Shown here piece by piece: positions 14,191 through 22,133 of a stretch of DNA of 24,000 nt. Location of the stretch: the NCBI GenBank assembly GCA_015520395.1, contig WAQG01000021.1, positions 16,637 through 40,636 on the forward strand. The letters run 5' to 3'. The notes beneath the pieces were generated by a model. It was not told the origin of the DNA and ran no database searches. It saw only the letters and a program-made list of their open reading frames with translations. This DNA is from Candidatus Geoarchaeota archaeon. GTDB lineage: Archaea; Thermoproteota; Thermoprotei; Gearchaeales; WAQG01. The number at the start of each line of letters is the position of its first letter. Position 1 is the stretch's first letter. The position numbers and the translations under genes are program-made.

Positions 14191-16110
14191 ATGGCTACTG
14201 CCTGGGAGCTTGAAAGGCTTAGGAGGGATGTGAGGGAGCTTTTGGCCGAGTTTGAGGGTGATGTGAGGAGGGTTCGGGAGGAGTATGGCAACCTTGTGGG
14301 GCTCCTCAGGATGACCAGCGAGGAGGGCGCCTTAGATGCGCTGGCCAGGTTTCTTGGGGGCGACGGCGAGTACCCGATGGTCGGCATAGACGGTTCGATG
14401 GCCGTTGAGGAGAGGCTTGAAATACTGATCTTCCACGTGTCCGCAATAGCGTATACAAACACCGTAATCATCGATAACCGCAACGTATCTGTGGGGAGGC
14501 CTGAGCCTGATATTGGGGCCTTCGTCTCGGCGAGCATACCCCTCTGGAGCGACCTCCTGGCCGAGGTTGACTCGTCGCTGGGCGTGAACGTCTCCACGGA
14601 GCAGGAGTTTGAGAGGGGGGTTACGGCAATCCCATTCTCACTCATGACGTTTGCTGAGCTCTACCTGGCCCACCAGTTAGTCGAGGGTGGTGCCAGGATA
14701 GTTTTCCTCGACCGGCTCCTAACCGTGACGAGGGGCCCTGCGAGCCGGGATCTAAGTGAGATGATGAGGGCTGGTTATACGTCGTTTGAGGGGGTTGACC
14801 TGGGGCAGGGCAGACTCACGCTTTTAGACCTTGTTATGGCGGCCCGACTGGGCAGGGCGCCCGACATAGCCGCAGGGATGGCCGACCCAGAAGAGTCGAG
14901 AACCGGGTTTTTGAAGACCCTATCCGAGATAATCCCGCCCAGGCCGCCCTACACCCCGTATTTCCTGCTGGGCGCCCTCGTGAAGCTAGACTACCTCGAC
15001 TATGGCGAGATCGCCTCAATGATGGTTAGACGCTTCTTTGAGGATAGGGCTGTGAGCGAGGATGAGCTTAGAGAGGTTTTCTATAGGGGTAGGAAGCCCA
15101 GATCCACCCACTGCCGATACCTTCTAAGAAGGCTTCGGAAACTCTCGGATCTCCACATGAGGCTAACAGGCTCCCTCCTGCTCCACTTCGACGCCGGGGG
15201 CGTGTACCTCGTGGATAACTCGGTCAAGAATTACTGGAGGCGGGCGTGGGGGCTGGTTAAGGGCTTTGCGGAGAGGGTATTCTCGGGGTCGGGAGAGGGA
15301 CACACGCTCAGGCTGGGGTCTAGGTGGGCTTCAAGGCAGGACTTCAGCGCCCTCATCCTAATACTCCTCAACAGGCTTGTCGAGGACTCGGTTTCCAGGA
15401 GGGTGCTCCTAATCGGCATAGCTAAGGACACCTTGTCAACGGAGCTGCTCAGAGGATTCATACCGTACGTGCAGAACGTGGGGCCTCCCCTCCTCCTGGG
15501 AAGTGATCGGAAGTTTCTAACCCTGCTGAGCTCGGTATTTAGCAGTGAGGTTAGGACGCCATGGAGAACCAGAGAGTTCGACTCGGCGTTCTCCCTGATA
15601 GGCTGGATGGATGGCGGATACAGGGCGGTTAGGGGGACGGTGATAAGGGAGAGGAGGTTTGTGAGGGGGTATTTCCAGCTATGGTCGGCTCCAAACGACC
15701 CGGCCCTCCGAAGCCCGGTCTTCGCCTACGACAGGCCCTTCTACCCCGAGTTCGACTCAGAATTCCTGAGGGACCTGCAGGTCAGGGTTGAGCGCTTCCG
15801 GGGAGAAGTCCTGATCAAGCCCTTCGCCGAAGATAGCAAGGGGTCAAGCCTCGTCGGAGATGCTGTTCTCGGGGCCCTGCTGATCGCCCACAACCCCAAT
15901 GTCATTGAGAGCCTTGGGCACAACTACCTCCTCTTCCTCGCCGACAAGCATGTGAAGCACCTGAGCAGGAGGGCTAGGGGCTCCATAATGGGTGTGGCGG
16001 ATCTCGAGATAATGCCGATCTCCAGAAAGTATAAGGCTTTCTTCATATCTAGGAGGTTTAGGGATATTAGGAGGTTGGCTGAGCATGGCAGGGAGAGGGG
16101 GGCCACCTAG
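14191..16110 (+). CDS. NurA-like nuclease, enlarged (639 aa from ATG 14191; 659 aa if TTG 14131 is used)
   Basis: Ordered blocks resemble the conserved NurA (PF09376, RNase H-like fold) motifs: MVGIDGS (Asp codon at 14389-14391), FAELY, IVFLDRLL, LLIGIAKDTLS, RGYFQLW and GHNYLLFLADKHVK. I prefer ATG 14191 because the TATA-like boxes lie downstream of TTG 14131, and the extra 20 aa are hydrophobic and not NurA-like. Confidence 0.7.
   Translation: MATAWELERLRRDVRELLAEFEGDVRRVREEYGNLVGLLRMTSEEGALDALARFLGGDGEYPMVGIDGSMAVEERLEILIFHVSAIAYTNTVIIDNRNVSVGRPEPDIGAFVSASIPLWSDLLAEVDSSLGVNVSTEQEFERGVTAIPFSLMTFAELYLAHQLVEGGARIVFLDRLLTVTRGPASRDLSEMMRAGYTSFEGVDLGQGRLTLLDLVMAARLGRAPDIAAGMADPEESRTGFLKTLSEIIPPRPPYTPYFLLGALVKLDYLDYGEIASMMVRRFFEDRAVSEDELREVFYRGRKPRSTHCRYLLRRLRKLSDLHMRLTGSLLLHFDAGGVYLVDNSVKNYWRRAWGLVKGFAERVFSGSGEGHTLRLGSRWASRQDFSALILILLNRLVEDSVSRRVLLIGIAKDTLSTELLRGFIPYVQNVGPPLLLGSDRKFLTLLSSVFSSEVRTPWRTREFDSAFSLIGWMDGGYRAVRGTVIRERRFVRGYFQLWSAPNDPALRSPVFAYDRPFYPEFDSEFLRDLQVRVERFRGEVLIKPFAEDSKGSSLVGDAVLGALLIAHNPNVIESLGHNYLLFLADKHVKHLSRRARGSIMGVADLEIMPISRKYKAFFISRRFRDIRRLAEHGRERGAT
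16069..16075 (+). promoter_or_regulatory. Shine-Dalgarno-like AGGAGGT inside the 3' end of the NurA-like gene, serving the HerA-like start
   Basis: GGAGGT sits 9 nt upstream of ATG 16085. The two ORFs overlap by 26 nt (16085-16110), consistent with translational coupling. Confidence 0.45.
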
Positions 16111-17875
16111 GTTCGCCCACGACCTTAACGGCAGGTTCAACTGTAGACTCAGGGAGTTCCGCACCCAGACCAGGAGCTACAGGGGGGCTGGGAGGGAGGA
16201 GCTGCAGGTAACCAGCAAGGTTGCCATATTTGAGGCCGACTTCGATTTTAAGGTTCTTGAAGCACTTGAAAGGCAGTCCTTCCTCGTCTCTAAGAGGAGG
16301 GGATCCGGCGGCGATATTTACATGGTTTATGAGGTGGCCTATGTCAAGCCCACCCACTATGAGAGCGCGCCGAGGGAGACCGGGCTTCCAAGAACCCTCA
16401 GAGTGGATTTCCTCAGGCGTATAGATGAGAGCTGGGGCGCGCCGGAGGGCTGGCTCGAAAACTGGATAGAAATTGGTGCGGTTTATACTGGTTACGTGGT
16501 AGTTGATGAGGACGGGAATTATCGTTATGAATGGAGGCCAGGTGCAGTCCCCCTCATAGGATCTGAGACCTACATACTCTCAGAGGAGGCTGTAACTAGA
16601 CTGGTCTCAGCACCCAGGGGCACTGCACTATTCACCCTTAAGGATGCTGATGTCAAAGTATCGCTCGACATGGAAGCCCTCGTCAAATACCATGCTGGCG
16701 TCTTCGGCTTTACAGGTGGGGGCAAGTCTAACTTAACTGCATTCATGGTTCGAAAGCTTCTAGAGGAGCTTAAGGATCTTAAGGTGATTATTGTAGATGT
16801 TGCGGGAGAATATGCAATATACCTAGCAGACCTTATCAGCGAAATCGGCATCATATATACGACTGAGAATTTCAACGCATCTGAAAATCCAGCCGAGGCC
16901 TTCCTAGCCTCACAAGCCATACCTGAAACATTAATTCCGCTCTTAGGCGGGGTTGAGCCGCTAAAGGCGTTTGCAAGAAACCTCCTTGAGGATGGTTTAG
17001 TGAATATCGTGAACCTTTCTCCAAAACCCACTGAATATTCGCTGAAGGAGGTGCTCTCATACATATTGGGGGAGAGCAGGGCCAAGGCTGCTCAGATCAT
17101 AATGGAAATCGGTGGCATCCTGGAAAAACATGGTGTGTCTATGGAGGTTCTCATTAGGGAGATGAATGATGATCTAAGGAGGGAGTTGATAGAGTATCTT
17201 GAGGGGGTTAAAGGCGAGCTGGAGGGGAAGCGATACCCGCCGGAAAAGCTAATCGAGGCTGTTACATATGCCCTCGAGTGCCTGAGGCTCGGGGAGGGCG
17301 GGGAGAGGAGAGGCGTAGACACGCCTGAGGATATCGCTGAGGCCATTCTCAGGGAGGATGATGGGCGGAGGCTTGTGATCATATACACCCCCGACCCGGT
17401 TGATGCCAGGATAACTGTTAGCAGACTCATAGAGGCTATGTTCAAGATCAGGAAGAGGTCCATAGGTGGGCCTAGGGTTCTCGTAGTCTTAGACGAAGCT
17501 CAGGAATTCATACCGGATAGGGCTAGGAAAGAGGATCTCACCGACATCTCGAATAGATCGGTTGAAAGGCTTCTTAGACAGGGAAGGAAGTATAGGCTTC
17601 ACTGCTGGATAGCAACCCAAAGACTCGCCCATCTAAACACAAACGCCCTCCAACAGATACACACATACTTTGTTAACGTCCTTCCGAGAACCTACGACAG
17701 AGGTGTCGTGGCCAATGCAGTTGGAGTAAGCCCCGAGATAGTGGATAGAACTGCGGATCTTGAAGCTGGCGAATGGCTCCTCGTTTCTCACAAAGCCCTA
17801 GCTAGAAGAGGCGTAGCTGTCTTTGTAAAGGCCCCCAATAACGAGGAGATACTGGCGGAAAAACTCCTCAAGTAA
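16085..17875 (+). CDS. HerA/FtsK-class (DUF87-type) P-loop ATPase, putative hexameric DNA translocase/helicase
   Basis: 596 aa. Walker A is HAGVFGFTGGGKSNLTAF (16706-16729). Walker B is PRVLVVLDEAQEFIP (core at 17477-17500). The downstream block LRQGRKYRLHCWIATQRLAHLNTNALQQIHTYFV matches the HerA 'eGRK.g..l.l.tQrPs.l...vl.q..t.i' pattern. The N-terminal ~200 aa are beta-rich, as expected for a HAS-barrel region. Confidence 0.85.
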   Translation: MAGRGGPPRFAHDLNGRFNCRLREFRTQTRSYRGAGREELQVTSKVAIFEADFDFKVLEALERQSFLVSKRRGSGGDIYMVYEVAYVKPTHYESAPRETGLPRTLRVDFLRRIDESWGAPEGWLENWIEIGAVYTGYVVVDEDGNYRYEWRPGAVPLIGSETYILSEEAVTRLVSAPRGTALFTLKDADVKVSLDMEALVKYHAGVFGFTGGGKSNLTAFMVRKLLEELKDLKVIIVDVAGEYAIYLADLISEIGIIYTTENFNASENPAEAFLASQAIPETLIPLLGGVEPLKAFARNLLEDGLVNIVNLSPKPTEYSLKEVLSYILGESRAKAAQIIMEIGGILEKHGVSMEVLIREMNDDLRRELIEYLEGVKGELEGKRYPPEKLIEAVTYALECLRLGEGGERRGVDTPEDIAEAILREDDGRRLVIIYTPDPVDARITVSRLIEAMFKIRKRSIGGPRVLVVLDEAQEFIPDRARKEDLTDISNRSVERLLRQGRKYRLHCWIATQRLAHLNTNALQQIHTYFVNVLPRTYDRGVVANAVGVSPEIVDRTADLEAGEWLLVSHKALARRGVAVFVKAPNNEEILAEKLLK

Positions 17876-17900
17876 ACACCAATCAAAACAGGGTTGATCA

Positions 17901-18803
17901 ATGTTGCTCAAGGTCGAGGCCTTTAGAGACCCACGGCTTTGGTACCATCTCATAGAGGGTTGCTTTGGGGGTCTTGAGCGAAGAAGCATCGAGGATCTGG
18001 AACAAGCCATGAACCACCCAAGCTTCATGCCCGAGGGTCTCCTGCTAGCAAAGGTCGATGATAAGCCTGCTGGAATGATATGGGTGAGGCCCCTCCCAAG
18101 TGGGGGGAGGTACGAGCTTCGGGATCTCGCTGTGAGGAGGGAACACTGGGGTAGGGGCGTCGAGGATGCGCTAATAAGATCTGCCATGGGGCTGGTTATG
18201 GAGAGGGGCGGATCCTTCGTTAGGGCGCAAACCCACTCGATCAAATACTACGTGGAGGCCTATAAGAGGCATGGGTTCAAGCCTTCAAGGCGTATATTGA
18301 GGATGGTGTGGGAGGTCGGCAGGATCAGCATCCCCACGCCGCCCAGCCACGTCGAGGTCGCCCCTCTCAGGATGCGTGACATCGAAGAGATAGTCGAGAC
18401 CTTCCTCAAGGCCCTAACCCCATACTGGGATTGGTGGGTCGAGGACTATGGGGGCGTTGAAAGCCTTAGAAGAAAGGCCGCACAATGGTTCAGGTCCTCG
18501 AAAGGCCTGTTCTGGCTAGTTGCCAAGGTTGGGGGTAGGCCCGTAGGGATAACCGGCTTCCGCACCCTGGGACGGACTGCGAACTTCTTCGGAGCATTCA
18601 CACATCCAGACCACAGGTTCAGGGGTGTGGGAAGAGCCCTCATGGCTGAAGTTCTAAGAAGGCTCAGGGAGCTGGGGGTGGAGAGACTCGTGGTTCATAC
18701 GGTCGCCTCACTAGAACACCTGGAGCCAGGCGCGATCCTCTACCTGAAGACCGGCGGCCGAATCGAGGCCGAATACATTCATTTGGAGAAGAGGCTGGCG
18801 TAA
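17901..18803 (+). CDS. tandem-GNAT N-acetyltransferase (two acetyltransferase domains)
   Basis: 300 aa with two acetyl-CoA-binding 'motif A' segments: LAVRREHWGRGVEDALIRSAM and FTHPDHRFRGVGRALMAEVLRRLRELG. It starts 25 nt after the HerA-like stop, on the same strand. Confidence 0.8.
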   Translation: MLLKVEAFRDPRLWYHLIEGCFGGLERRSIEDLEQAMNHPSFMPEGLLLAKVDDKPAGMIWVRPLPSGGRYELRDLAVRREHWGRGVEDALIRSAMGLVMERGGSFVRAQTHSIKYYVEAYKRHGFKPSRRILRMVWEVGRISIPTPPSHVEVAPLRMRDIEEIVETFLKALTPYWDWWVEDYGGVESLRRKAAQWFRSSKGLFWLVAKVGGRPVGITGFRTLGRTANFFGAFTHPDHRFRGVGRALMAEVLRRLRELGVERLVVHTVASLEHLEPGAILYLKTGGRIEAEYIHLEKRLA

Positions 18804-18923
18804 AGGGCTTCTACCGACCTAGTTTCGGAGCCTCGGTTCAAGGTCCAGCTAACAATCTACGCGTTGATCGACCTTTGGTGGAATATATAAACCCCCCTTC
18901 ATACCTTTCAGAAGGTGTAAGTA

Positions 18924-20336
18924 TTGAGGCACTATGACGTCATTGCATTTGGCACCGGCTCAGCTATGAACATCATCTCTGAGGTTCTTGAAATGAATCC
19001 ACATGTTAGGGTTGCGGTTATAGAGAATGGGCCGGTGGGCGGGATATGTCTTACCAGGGGTTGCATACCCTCAAAGATGGTCCTTTACCCTGCCGAGCTT
19101 CTCGCCGAGATTAGGAGAGCCTACTTATTCGGGATAGACGTTGAGATCCGGGGCGTCGACCCAGCCTACATCCTTGAAAGAACACGGCATAGCATAATGG
19201 AGGAGAGCAGGGTGATAGAGGAGAGCCTCAAGCGGCACCCAAACATAGACCTCTACAAGGCCATAGGCGAGTTTGTCGGCGACTACACGGTTAAGGTGGG
19301 GGACGAGGTGATAAGGGGGGACAAGATACTCCTCTGTACGGGATCCAGGCCCCTCATACCGCCGATAAGGGGCCTCGAGGAGGCCGGGTACCTCACAAGC
19401 GATACCTTCTTCATGCAGAAGAAGCTGCCCAGGAGCGTCCTTGTGATAGGCGGCGGCTACGTAGCCCTGGAGCTCGGCTTCTTCATGGCAATGATGGGAA
19501 CCAGGGTGACCATCATAGAGATGCTTCCAAGGATAGCTCCGATGGAGGAGCCGGAGATCTCGCTGCTTCTCGAGAGGGAGCTGTCAAGGTACATGGAGAT
19601 ACACACCAGCCACAGGGTTGTGGAGGCCGGGGTTAGGGATGGGCAGAAGATCCTGGTCGCCGAGGATGTGGAGACCGGGGAGACGGTCGAGTTTAGGGGC
19701 GAAGAGATACTGGTGGCAGCGGGCAGGAGATCCAACTCCGACATAACAAAGCCCGAGCGGACGGGCGTCAAGACCGATGAGAAGGGCTGGATCATAACCA
19801 ACGAGTACCTTGAGACGACGAAGCCAAACATATGGGCCTGCGGAGACGCCAACGGCAAATACATGTTCAAACACGTCGCCAACCTTGAGTCAAGGATCGT
19901 GTTCTACAACGCCTTCCTCGGTAGGAGAATCAAAATGGACTACCATGCCGTTCCCCACGCGATATTCACTTACCCGGAGGTCGCCTCAGTAGGAATGCGG
20001 GAGGAGGAAGCCGCAAAGAAGCACGACATACTGGTAGGCTACTACAGGTATGAGGACACGGCTAAGGGCGAGGCAATGGCAGTAAAGGACTACTTCGTAA
20101 AGGTGATAGTCGAGAGGGATACCATGAGGATACTTGGAGCCCACATAATAGGCCCCCACGCATCGATACTAATACAGGAGGTGGTAAACCTCATGTACAC
20201 CGATGATGGGACTGCAACGCCCATCTACAGGGGCATGCACATACACCCGGCCCTCACAGAGGTTGTCGAGAGGGCCTTCTACAACCTAGCACCGCCAGAG
20301 GTCTGGAGACACCACCACGAGCACCATCACCACTAA
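18924..20336 (+). CDS. class I pyridine nucleotide-disulfide oxidoreductase (dihydrolipoyl dehydrogenase / mycothione-reductase-like family) with a His-rich C-terminal tail
   Basis: 470 aa. FAD-binding YDVIAFGTGSA lies at the extreme N-terminus, which supports the TTG start; AGGTG at 18913-18917 is 6 nt upstream. The redox-active disulfide is GGICLTRGCIPSK, the second Rossmann motif is VLVIGGGYVALELG, and the dimer-interface His-Glu motif is HIHPALTEVV. The sequence ends in WRHHHEHHHH. Confidence 0.85.
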   Translation: MRHYDVIAFGTGSAMNIISEVLEMNPHVRVAVIENGPVGGICLTRGCIPSKMVLYPAELLAEIRRAYLFGIDVEIRGVDPAYILERTRHSIMEESRVIEESLKRHPNIDLYKAIGEFVGDYTVKVGDEVIRGDKILLCTGSRPLIPPIRGLEEAGYLTSDTFFMQKKLPRSVLVIGGGYVALELGFFMAMMGTRVTIIEMLPRIAPMEEPEISLLLERELSRYMEIHTSHRVVEAGVRDGQKILVAEDVETGETVEFRGEEILVAAGRRSNSDITKPERTGVKTDEKGWIITNEYLETTKPNIWACGDANGKYMFKHVANLESRIVFYNAFLGRRIKMDYHAVPHAIFTYPEVASVGMREEEAAKKHDILVGYYRYEDTAKGEAMAVKDYFVKVIVERDTMRILGAHIIGPHASILIQEVVNLMYTDDGTATPIYRGMHIHPALTEVVERAFYNLAPPEVWRHHHEHHHH

Positions 20337-20426
20337 CAATTCCACGCTGAGAACCCGTTAAGAAAAGCCAGTGCTCATTATAAGTTTATTTTAACCGGCC
20401 GACGCTATATCCTTGGTGAGCGTTAC

Positions 20427-21833
20427 TTGGCCTTTAGGACGCCCCCGGAGTTCTTAAGGAGGCTTAGGGCGGTTCTTGGGGATGAGAAGGTTTCGACGAG
20501 CCCCACCGAGCTTGTCCTCCACGACCATGACGTTCTCTTCGGGATCTATAAGGGGAGGGTGGACGCCGTCGTCAAGCCGACCAGCGTTCGGGATGTATCC
20601 GAAACCCTGAAACTCTGCAATGAATATGGAGTGCCAGTATACACCCAGGGGGCTCTCACGAGCCTAACGGGCGCCTCGATACCCCAGGGAGGCATCGCTC
20701 TCGACATGAGTGGGATGAGGAGGATACTCGAGATAAGCCTTGAGAACGCCTATGTGAAGGCTGAGGCTGGCGTTAAGCTCAACGAAATAAACGAAAGGCT
20801 GGCAGGAACCGGCTTCTTCTTCCCCGTCGACCCAGCTTCAGTTAAGTCCGCAACCGTGGGGGGCGCCATAGCGACAAATGCTGGAGGTATGAGGGGCTTC
20901 AGGTATGGCCCCATGAAGAACTGGGTGCTGGGCCTGAAGGTCGTCCTGGCCGACGGATCCGTCATCAGGCTGGGCGGCATGACTTTGAAGAGAAGACAGG
21001 GCTACGAGCTGATGAACCTTTTCATAGGGAGTGAGGGAACCCTTGGCGTCATCGTTGAGGCGACCCTGAAGATAACGAGGAAGCCCGAGGCCATTGCGAG
21101 GATTGTTGGCTTCTTTAAGAGTTATCGGGATCTTGTGAGGGCTGCTCTTCGGGTGAGGGTTGAGGCCAATCCCCTGACGATGGAGTTCCTGGACAACGAG
21201 TTGGCGAGGATAGCTTCCGAGTATGCCGGTGTCGAGATACCGGAGGAGGCGGGCTTCGTCCTCCTGGTGGATGTGGACGGGCCTAGGGAGGTTCTTGAGA
21301 GGCTGCTTGACGAGGTCGTCCTTATATTTAGGTCTGAGGGGGCGGTTGAGATCAGGTATAGCACCGACCCGAGGGAGATCGAGAAGCTCTACGAGCTTAG
21401 GAGGGCGATGTACCCGGCATCCCTCAGCCTCAGGGGGAAGGTCAGGGAGAACGTCATGGTTGAGGACCTCGTCGTGCCGCCGACCCGGCTGATGGAGGTT
21501 TTTGAGGGGATCTACAGCCTGGCCGAGAAGTACGGCTTCCCCGTCTACCTGGGGGGCCACATAGGGGATGGCAACGTCCACCCACTAATACTCTATAACA
21601 GCGACGAGATGGATCAGATGCTCAAGATGCATAGGGAGATGCACAGGCTGGCCCTGAGGCTCAACGGTGGGATAAGCGCTGAGCACGGGATAGGGCTGGT
21701 CAAGAAGGAGCTTCTGGTCGAGGAGTTCAAGCACCTCGGCTCGCTCAGGCCGATAGAGATAATGAGGGCGGTTAAGAGGCTTCTGGACCCGAAGGGGATA
21801 CTCAACCCCGGAAAGGTGATAGACCTTGAGTAG
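20427..21833 (+). CDS. glcD: FAD-linked oxidase, GlcD/D-lactate dehydrogenase family (glycolate oxidase subunit D-like)
   Basis: 468 aa. The FAD_binding_4-type N-terminal half contains PVYTQGALTSLTGASIP and GGAIATNAGGMRGFRYG. The C-terminal FAD-oxidase domain contains GGISAEHGIGLVKK and ends in LDPKGILNPGKV. Start is TTG, with GGTGA at 20415-20419 seven nt upstream. Confidence 0.85.
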   Translation: MAFRTPPEFLRRLRAVLGDEKVSTSPTELVLHDHDVLFGIYKGRVDAVVKPTSVRDVSETLKLCNEYGVPVYTQGALTSLTGASIPQGGIALDMSGMRRILEISLENAYVKAEAGVKLNEINERLAGTGFFFPVDPASVKSATVGGAIATNAGGMRGFRYGPMKNWVLGLKVVLADGSVIRLGGMTLKRRQGYELMNLFIGSEGTLGVIVEATLKITRKPEAIARIVGFFKSYRDLVRAALRVRVEANPLTMEFLDNELARIASEYAGVEIPEEAGFVLLVDVDGPREVLERLLDEVVLIFRSEGAVEIRYSTDPREIEKLYELRRAMYPASLSLRGKVRENVMVEDLVVPPTRLMEVFEGIYSLAEKYGFPVYLGGHIGDGNVHPLILYNSDEMDQMLKMHREMHRLALRLNGGISAEHGIGLVKKELLVEEFKHLGSLRPIEIMRAVKRLLDPKGILNPGKVIDLE

Positions 21834-22131
21834 GGTTATCCTTAGGGAGGAGGCCCAGCGGGTAGCCAACATGTGCACATGGTGCGGGTTCTGTGAGTCG
21901 GTGTGCCCAACATACCTGTTGACCGGGGAGAAGACGATGGGGCCTCGGGGGAGGGCCTGGCTCGCCAGGGCCTTTCTTAACGGCGAGCTGGACGGCGTTG
22001 ACCAGCTCTTTATAAGGTCTATTTTTAGTTGTATAACCTGTAAGGCGTGTATAACCGCCTGTCCGGCGGGGATAGACGTCCCCATGCTCATGTCCCACGT
22101 TAGGGACACCCTTGTGAGGATGGTGAGCTAG
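21826..22131 (+). CDS. 2x[4Fe-4S] ferredoxin-like protein corresponding to the N-terminal module of GlcF/HdrD-type Fe-S oxidoreductases
   Basis: 101 aa with two CxxCxxCxxxCP motifs (CTWCGFCESVCP and CITCKACITACP). The TTG start overlaps the glcD stop by 8 nt, and AGGTGA at 21814-21819 is 6 nt upstream. Confidence 0.75.
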   Translation: MSRVILREEAQRVANMCTWCGFCESVCPTYLLTGEKTMGPRGRAWLARAFLNGELDGVDQLFIRSIFSCITCKACITACPAGIDVPMLMSHVRDTLVRMVS

Positions 22132-22133
22132 CC

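Noticed and set aside
14052-14645. 197-aa minus-strand ORF overlapping the intergenic region and the 5' part of the NurA-like gene
   Set aside because: It is antisense to a gene with recognisable motifs. Its translation is Ser/Thr/Leu/Pro-rich and low-complexity (…SISSLSSTAIEPSMPT…SLTSLLSLSSSQ…), typical of a shadow ORF opposite a GAG/GAA/AGG-rich coding strand. It would also run through the TATA-like boxes.
840-17463. Other antisense ORFs in the track, including 840-1328, 1597-2043, 2289-2720, 2990-3529, 4520-4951, 5012-5410, 9324-12284 (several), 16570-17085 and 17092-17463
   Set aside because: Each lies inside and opposite a confidently identified gene (ppdK, glmS, glmU-like, rgy, HerA-like) and has a Ser/Leu/Pro/Arg-biased composition. 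None has a plausible SD or TATA.
18835-18846. tRNA T-loop-like string GGTTCAAGGTCC in the GNAT/oxidoreductase intergenic region
   Set aside because: The flanking bases cannot form a T-stem, acceptor stem or anticodon arm, so no cloverleaf can be drawn. I found no tRNA elsewhere in the window either.
12914-18923. The idea that the 13-19 kb block is a mobile or integrated island bounded by repeats
   Set aside because: I compared the two flanking non-coding stretches (12914-13175 and 18804-18923) by eye. They share only short strings (GGACCT, CGTAGAT) and in a different order. There is no integrase, transposase, tRNA target or direct repeat. GC heterogeneity is not specific to this block, since glmS and the 7810-8646 gene are also low-GC. 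Mobility is unsupported.
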